Below, in pieces: positions 56,105 to 64,000 of a stretch of DNA of 64,000 bases. Within the stretch, counting starts at the first letter, position 1; each line of letters begins with the position of its first letter. Origin of the DNA: Octopus vulgaris (taxonomy: Eukaryota); NCBI GenBank assembly GCA_951406725.2, contig OX597818.1:101556001-101620000 (forward strand), given 5' to 3'. The position numbers and the translations under genes are program-made. The notes under the pieces are model-generated. The model was not told where the DNA came from and made no database searches. It was given only the letters and a program-made list of their open reading frames with translations.

Positions 56105-56199
56105 ACTTTTTTCATTTCTCCAGCGTTATATTAATACATCTGTTTGTCGTATACACCACCTGTCTTCCTCTTTGTTTTTGTAAGGCATTCTCCACCCCC

Positions 56200-56235
<36 letters not shown>

Positions 56236-57124
56236 TCACACACATACATATACACACACGCAATTTTATCAAATTATAAAGTTTATGCTTTCTTTTACAT
56301 TCATATATTCATTTCTTTTATATTTTCTTATGCTTGGCTATTCGTTGTTAATTAGAGAAATATGTATATGATTTGTTGTTTTTTTCTCTCCGACATATCA
56401 CTGACAATATAAGATTTCAAAAGCAATAACATTCCTGACAGCTTTCAAAAACGCAACAACAATGGAACTATTACTAATGAACACACGGTCACTTCGAGAA
56501 GGTCAGTACTAAAGCGAACTTAATAAACAAAGTAACATATACGAAATGAACACAAACATCCCTATTAATATATAATTATACAAACAAACCAAGATGTTGC
56601 TGATATTGGTAGCATCATTAGCAGAAACAAAACTGTTGTTGAAAAGATTAACCGACGCTGTAATGAATGTATAGAAAAACGCCTTGTTGAAGATATCGAT
56701 GAATAAACTAGTGGCAGCAATTTGACGTTTAGAGTTTCATATAATCATAATATATATTTAATTGTATGTATTTCTTCACCATCTTGTAAGTATGTTAGCT
56801 TTGTTAGAGTAATTGAAAGGAGATTTATTGGCCTAGCCTCATAAATAAATGCTGGCGGAATTATTACATGTCTACTCAGCAATAGGACATTCGATGTAAG
56901 GAGGCATGAGGAAAAGAACACTCGTTTACACACAGACATGCACACACGCACACACATAAGCACACACACAAACACGGACAACCGATAACAAATATCGTTT
57001 AATAGAATAAATGCGCTTACTTACATAATATAACATATACATGTATATAAATATAAATATATGTATGTATGTATATATATATATATGTGTGAGTGTGTGT
57101 GAGGGTGTGTGTGTGTGTGTGTGT

Positions 57125-57423
57125 AGGTGCAATGGCCGAGTGGTTAGGGCAGAGAACTCGCGGGTTCGATTCCCAGACCGGGCGTTGTGAGTGTTTATTG
57201 AACGAAAGCACCCCAAAAGTTCCACGAGGCTCCGGCAGGGGGCGGTGGCGATACGTGCTGTACTCTTTCGCCACAACTTTCTCTCACTCTTTCTTCTGTT
57301 GGCCTGTTCGCTTAGCCAGCGGGGTGGCGTCATTTGAAGGCTAAAACAATGCGAAGCGCATTGTAACCAGCGATCCAGCGATGTGTAGCGACATCTGATA
57401 GCCTGTTCGAACTCGGTGATCAA

Positions 57424-57425
<2 letters not shown>
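57125..57425 (+). mobile_element. tRNA-derived SINE family C (tail type 2)
   Basis: TGGCCGAGTGGttagg...GGTTCGATTCCcagaccgggcgttgtgagtgtttattg; body shared with the copies at 38855 and 59804. Confidence 0.85.
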
Positions 57426-57489
<64 letters not shown>

Positions 57490-57631
57490 ACATATACATC
57501 TATGCACACACGTACCTGTATTCAGAGGTGCTTATTGACAAAATATATGTGCACATAGAGATATATGTTTATGTGTATGTTTCGACACATATACCTTGAT
57601 CAGTAATGTAAATATTGTTTCATTTATATTG

Positions 57632-57666
<35 letters not shown>

Positions 57667-58276
57667 ATATATATATATATATATATACACAGTAAATGTG
57701 TGTGTGCTCATGTATTCATTGTTTAAAAAACTTGTCTTACGCTTTCGTGAACGCGATATCTGGCATTTGTTCCATTTGTTTCACACACATATTTGTAGCC
57801 TAATTTATATATTCCCATTTCGTATTGAAAACACAGTTTGAATTTCAATTGTTTCTTCCTGATTCTTGTAAAATATTTTGTGATTCTTCTAGAAACTTTC
57901 TTCGCGATTATTGTAAAATTTACTGACTAAAAATATCACTGACTGTTTTGTTCTTAACTCTGAAGTGCATTTGTTATGCGTTGTATGTTATATCTATGTA
58001 TTCAAACATACGAGCTACCGGAGATGCTGATATAGTATGTATCAAATGCTTTTAGTTATTTTATTATTTATTTTTCGTCTGAATTTTTACAGAGCATTTG
58101 GTGCATTAAAGTATAGTGGTGATGAATTTGTTTATATTCTCTGGTTGTTTTTATTTATCAAGCACCCATTGTGCAGATGAAGTGCTGTGTAGTGTTGTCT
58201 GGGATACTATATTACTAAACGCATACTCGTTATGTAGTAGCTTCGGTTTTTTGGGACCGAGTTTGTTGTTCTGCCA

Positions 58277-58323
<47 letters not shown>

Positions 58324-59128
58324 AATTCAAATTGTTCGAAACTACTCATCTGAAAATGAGGACAATTCGTAACTTGCACTTCATTTATAAACACTTCCAC
58401 GAACGCTAACATTATATACACATCATGTATATCTTAGATCCTTTTTGAGATTGTCTAGTGTAGCATATAGCCGATGGTTCAGCAGTTAACATTGTCATTC
58501 ACATCAAGCATATGATATCTTGCATAGTATAGTGAATATACTTTCATTTTACCTTGTATTGAAATTATCATTGTTGCTACTTTTCCTTAAACAGTCTACA
58601 TCCAGTTCATTTCAGTTTTGATATCTTTCTATAATATGGGTCTTTTCAAGGAAGTGAGGTGTATATCAAGTATATATATTTTCATTTTACTACTTCATTT
58701 TTATTGCAGCACAGTTACCTTTGAGCTTTTTGTGGGGAATATATATATATATATATACAGAGCGAGAGGGAGAGAGGGGTAGAAAAGTAACACACGATTT
58801 GATATGTATAAAGAAAATATGACAAGGTAGAACAGAGCAAAATAATTTTAGCAGAAAATACATTTTAGTACCGGTTTCTGACATTTTAGACATTTTCATC
58901 TAAGGAAACAAATATTAAATTGGAGATAAAAAGGAAGTGAAATGTTCTGTAGATATTTTCATAGTCTTTGAATAATTAAATATTTCCATAGTGTTCAGGC
59001 AGTCTGTCTCTCTCACTATTATTTGCGAATGCCTGGTAGGTACATACGCAGTTAGTAGTAAATTTGAAGGAATTTTTGGGGTACAAACAATTGATGGTCT
59101 ACGCAGGAGCAGCCGAGAGAGAAGTGGG

Positions 59129-59280
59129 AGAAGAAGAAGAGGAAGAAGAAGAAGAGGAAGAAGAAGAAGAGGAAGAAGAAGAGAAAGAAGAAGACGTAGA
59201 AGAAGAAGAAGAAGAAGAAGAAGAAGAAGAGAGAAGAAGAAGAAGAAGAAGAAGAAGAAGAAGAAGAAGAAGAAGAAGAG
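59129..59280. repeat. (GAA)n-rich polypurine tract
   Basis: Direct reading; purine-rich sequence continues to ~59405. Confidence 0.95.
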
Positions 59281-59803
59281 GACGAGGAAAGAGAAGCAAA
59301 ATAATAAGAAGAAGGGGGATGAGTTGAAGGACGAGATGAAGAGGGAATAGAAGTAGGAGTAGGGAAAGAAGAGAAAGAGAGAAATAGAAAGAAAAGAAAG
59401 GAAAAATACAGTTCATTGGCGTAATTCTCTAGCCAGAATTTGAATGCCACTTTTTATAGCCTGTGAGGAATATTAAAATAAAAGTTGACTACATCGAAGG
59501 ATACTAGTAGAGTGCTTCTATTTATTTCTTCAGGAAGGTGATTGAGCATATCTAGGTCGTCCCATTTGTTATGCTTGAGAAATGGCTTTAAGAGGGTGTC
59601 TAAAATGTTACTGAGGCGGTGAATTTCGCATACGGGTCCTACTCTTATGAGGTTTATTTTGAGGTCATTAGGGGTAACTTGATTGATATGCCTGAGGCTC
59701 TTCTGAAAGCGTTATTTATTTTTTTCGCTTTTGTGTATCTTAGGAATACCGTACCATTCACTGGATTTTCTATTGAATTTAGTCATATAGTTGTATCGTT
59801 TGT

Positions 59804-60180
59804 GGAGGCTCAATGGCCCTGTGGTTACGGCAGCGGACCCGCGGTCGTAGGATCCCAGTTTCGATTCCTAGACTGGGCGTTATGAGTGTTTATTGAACGA
59901 AAACACCTACATCTCCAAGGGGCTCTGGCAGGGGATGGGAGTAAACCCTTCTGCGTTCTTTCACAACAACTTTCTCTCTTTATTCCTGTTGCTGTTGTAC
60001 CTGTATTTCAAAGAGCCAGCCTTGTCACACTCTGTGACACGCTGAATCTCCTCGAGAACTACGTTAAGGGTACACGTGTTTGTGGCGTGCTCAACCACTT
60101 GTACGTGAATTTCCCTTGCAAGCTGTTCCGTTGATCGGATCAACTGGAACCCACGTCGTTGTAACTGACGGAGTGCCAGA
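59804..60180 (+). mobile_element. tRNA-derived SINE family C (tail type 3)
   Basis: ggaggctcaaTGGCCCTGTGGttacggcagcgg...GTTTCGATTCCtagactgggcg; body shared with the other family C copies. Confidence 0.85.
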
Positions 60181-61339
60181 AGATAATCGTATTATTTGAT
60201 GAATTGTTCACAATCGGTTTTCAGGTTTCTTGTATTATCTTGTAGATTTGGCGTCCAAATAATCCATCACAGTGAACGTAACTGGATTTGGAATCGACTT
60301 AGCCACTGAGATTAAAGTGTTCAATCGTCTTATCTAAATGTTTATGTGTTTTTCATTAACTGTGAAGAAATTTGCGATCATATAATGGAACTTTTGCAGC
60401 TTGAATCGGATTTTAATTTTGCATTTTCAGTGAAACATTTTGCACTCTCACTGGTTTCCAATTTCCCTTGTTACTTTTTGATGTGTTTCGTGACATATTG
60501 GCCTTCAGGTGATTAAGTCTGTTTTAGAATTATTTTAATGTTGCTTGTCAGTGCAGTTTTTTTCTATTTTCTTTATGTAAGTCTTTATATTTAGTGTAAT
60601 TATATTCTAGTTAATTTATCGTCTCATTCTAAGTAGTGAGATGATTATTTTTGTCTCCTTCTTACACTAATCAGATTCCATGTGATTGCTTTACAGTATT
60701 TTTCTAATCTTACATTTGTAATTATGTATTATATTCTACTTGTAGCAAGCACCGTCATTGTTATGAGATGTCGGTAAATTTTATTCACACTAGGTACAGG
60801 CCATTGGTTTTGGGGCCTTTATAGTTGCTTCCTTACTTTTCCGTATAAGCTTTGTAATCTACATTAATTCCAGGCCCCACCATTTCTAAAGCTATACTTT
60901 GCTATGGGGATGACATATTTACGACCAGGGCTTGTATATTTGTATTTTCTCTCATACTCTTTACATATCCTCTTTCATATTTTCATATTGTATTTACTTT
61001 ATTCATTGACAAAACTTTTCCTTTTATTATAGTAACAGGAAAAGTTTCGAATATTCCTCATTGGCTTCTTTCATGTACTCCATATAGGTTTTGGTAAGAT
61101 TTCCTGGTGTAGCAATAATGTTTGGAGTAAATTAAGTGACATATCTCTTCTGTAGTAATTGAGTCGTGGATTATACCATGAGTATCAATAATTTGACTTC
61201 CACAATATAAACATAGGTGTCGGTTTGCTACTTTTTTCTAGAATTTTTACTTTCTCATTTCAAAAGCACAAACGCCAGTTTGCAGGTCATAATTTTGTGG
61301 TAAGATACATTCCATCTGTGTTCAGTCCTGCATACGGTT

Positions 61340-62140
61340 TGACGATTTGGCACTAATGTGACCTGTGTCTGAACATGTCAAAGTGCTGTCATCTGCCTGT
61401 TGGCTCTTCTCCTGCAACTCAACTTGATTTCAGCCGGGTCGTCTGCTGCTGGAGAGGACCGGCCAGGTAAAGGACCTGGGTTTCTTGGTGGATTCTTTCT
61501 TTTCGCCTGCGTTCATGCTGCCAACAAAGCACGCGGAGTTCTGTTTTTGATTCGACGATCATTCGGAATGCTCACAGCAGCCATATTCCTACCGCTCTAT
61601 GTCACGCTGGTGAGACCCATATTGGATTACGGGATTCAAGCCTCTTCTCCTTATCTCCTCAAAGACATACATCATCTCGAAAGAGTCCAGAAGCTGGCAA
61701 CCCGCATGGTTCTTGGTCTCAAGCATTTGTCTTATGAAGACAGGCTGAAGACGTTCGACCTTTATTCTCTAGAATAACGACGACGCCGTGGTGATCTCAT
61801 TCTTGCTCACAACATTATAAGCGGAAAGTGTAACCTCTCGAAAGAGCTGTTCTTCACTCCTATTCTAGAACGTCGGCTGCGGGGTCACTCCGAAAAGCTC
61901 TATCTGCGACGATTTCATCTCAATCGAAGGAGGGGTTTTCTCCATCCGGGTTGCAGATCCGTGGAATAGGCTGCCGGACGAGATAGTGAAGATGCCGACG
62001 ACCGCTCGGTTCAAAGTCTCTCTTGACCAGAAATGGATTGAACTCATTGCATGAACACCCTCCCTGTACATAACTCCATGTTCCCCTACATGGCCTTCCT
62101 TTTTGGTTTTTGAGCCAAAAAATTAACTTAACTTAACTAA
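61340..62140 (+). mobile_element. CR1-like LINE 3' end
   Basis: LNMSKC...VKDLG...ANKARGVLFLIRRSF...LYVTLVRPILDYG...LERVQKLATRMV.GLKHLSYEDRLK..LYSLE*RRRRGDLI...LRGHSEKL...WNRLP; tail (TTAAC)n at 62122-62140. Confidence 0.92.
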
Positions 62141-63589
62141 TGTGGATTATAACAGTCTTCATCAATACTAATATGGGCAGGTTTTCTATGGACTATTCAT
62201 ATTTTTAGTGTCATGCCTGTTAGCGTATAGAGTCAAAAGATATTCAACATGATAAATGATAAATAAATTAATTTCTCTTGGTTGCCATCTCCTGTGTAAT
62301 CTATATTACCGTCTATGTTAAGTCTTCCTGACTGCTAAAACTATACTTTATATACAGAGGATACGTGCTTTGTTGTCGTTATCATTTTAACATACGACAA
62401 TTTATATAATTAAGATAATTTACTTTAAAAGCACTAATTTACTTTAAATTTCAGTTTACATCATAGTGCTATTTGCTATAAAATATATGTAGGTGCTCAC
62501 AATTCTTCTCCCAAAAACATTACTTTTGTTTGATTTTTACGTAAACGTAAGCGCTTCTATAACATACTAGCCAATATAAATTGGTTATTATTATACATTG
62601 CGAGGATATGTATAGCATTATATAACATCATAGAATAAGACTCTGTGACAATACCAATACGAATATCAAAACGGTTTTTATCAGTTAAAGATTAACGGTC
62701 TCCAAACATTTCAACACAAACCGCACAACAGAATCTATATTCAATATATATATATTCTATAAACCTTACACTTTTATTCCCAAACATACTTGGATGAATC
62801 CGAATAGTAATATCAGCATTTATCACTGATTTTATACACTAAACGCAAACAACGTAAAAAGGAGTTACTTCCCTGGATAAAGTGTAGAGAATGCAACTTG
62901 TCCAAGCATAGTAATATCCTATGGATTACTGCATCATTTCACAACATTCGCTATAAACGCTCAACAACATTTTTTGGTTCCTTTCTTCCAGGCTTCTTCC
63001 TTTTTTTATTCTTCCTATACGAATAATTCACCACACTCTTCTCCTTTCATCTCATGCTATTTCGATATTTCAACATCAATTTCAGATCCTCTTTGCCCCA
63101 CAGAAGAGATAGACAAACGATAAATTTAAAGCTTAGGAAACTACTGTTACAAATGATAGTACAACAAAAATTGCGGGAATCTAAATTTTCCCAATTCATA
63201 TAAATAAACTATGTCAACCACACCAAGATTCCGTGTTGTCAAGGTGTGGAGATACTCAGTAGTATCAACAACCATCCAGTATCGTCAAAGATCGACTGTT
63301 CTCAGCAACCGTAATAAAAAACATTCCATCTACCGAATGGAGGTTTACAAAAAAGCGTTCTAATATTGATTCCTCATACTTTGTTGGAAGTTTACAGGCG
63401 TAAATTTGCGAAGATATGAAAGTAGTACTTGTACAAAATGTATGATGAATTTATGGAAACTATCCTCTACAAGAATTAAACTTCTTAAAAAATTGAACAG
63501 CTTGTTTCCTGCATTCTTAAGAAATTTGATGAGAATTTTGGAACTTCATTGCATAAATTCCTCTTGCATTATATACATTTATATTTATC

Positions 63590-63790
63590 TGTGTGTTCCG
63601 TTCTTTCTGTGTTTGTTCCCCGACATTGTTTGACAACCGATGATGATGTATTTACGTCACTATAACTTAGCGGTGGAGTAATACATTCCGATAGAATGAA
63701 TTCTAGGCTTACGAAGAATAAGTCCTAGAGTCGATTTCTTCGACTAACACCCTTGAAGGCAGTGCTCCAGCAATTAAATCAATAAAATGA
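63590..63790 (+). mobile_element. SINE family A, 3' part
   Basis: tgacaaccgatg...taacttagcgg...ggcttacgaagaataagtcct...gaaggcagtgctccagca parallels 50697-50830. Confidence 0.75.
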
Positions 63791-63859
63791 TTAAAAAAAA
63801 ACAACTGTTAATAAAGAAAATATACATAAATTGGTGAGGAGGTCTAATATCAGTTCCTA

Positions 63860-63990
63860 TTAATGTATTTCATCTGCCGCTAAGGTCTGAGTTAAAATTC
63901 CACTGAGGCCGACATTGCATTTCTTCCTTTCGAGGTCGACAAATTAAATACCAGTGGAATACTGATTTCGATGTAATCGACTATTTCAAA
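63860..63990 (+). mobile_element. SINE-like repeat family B
   Basis: tctgagttaaaattccactgaggccgacattgcatttcttcctttcgaggtcgacaaattaaataccagt...cgatgtaatcgact; homologous to the copies at 3205 and 29640. Confidence 0.6.
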
Positions 63991-64000
63991 CCCTTTTGCC

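Noticed and set aside
58991-59450. Poly-Arg/Lys/Glu/Ser ORFs resembling protamine or acidic proteins
   Set aside because: Frames of the (GAA)n tract; no evidence of gene structure.

Overview
AT-rich, microsatellite-saturated animal non-coding DNA. The SINE types and repeat landscape suggest a cephalopod, probably Octopus; this is an inference. I found no intact host gene, tRNA, rRNA or CRISPR array, and nearly all long ORFs in the track are translations of (TA)n/(CA)n/(TAA)n repeats. The window is a transposon graveyard. It holds at least 9 Tc1/mariner/maT remnants, Tx1/L1-like and CR1-like LINE fragments, R4/Dong-like LINE 3' ends nested in (TAA)n, several tRNA-type SINE families and a probable non-autonomous Helentron-like element. 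The most notable signal is about 10 type I hammerhead-ribozyme-like motifs (CUGANGA...GAAAC...GUH) in short non-coding elements sitting in or beside microsatellites, several with inverted duplications. The best example is a perfect 119-bp inverted repeat (14432-14550 / 16536-16654) with a complete hammerhead in each arm, enclosing about 1.8 kb of compound microsatellite. A second is a ~116-bp-arm fold-back (24564-24811) whose loop is the CUGAAGA core. These resemble non-autonomous Penelope-like (PLE) or retrozyme-like elements. All folds and translations were done by eye, and many element boundaries are approximate.
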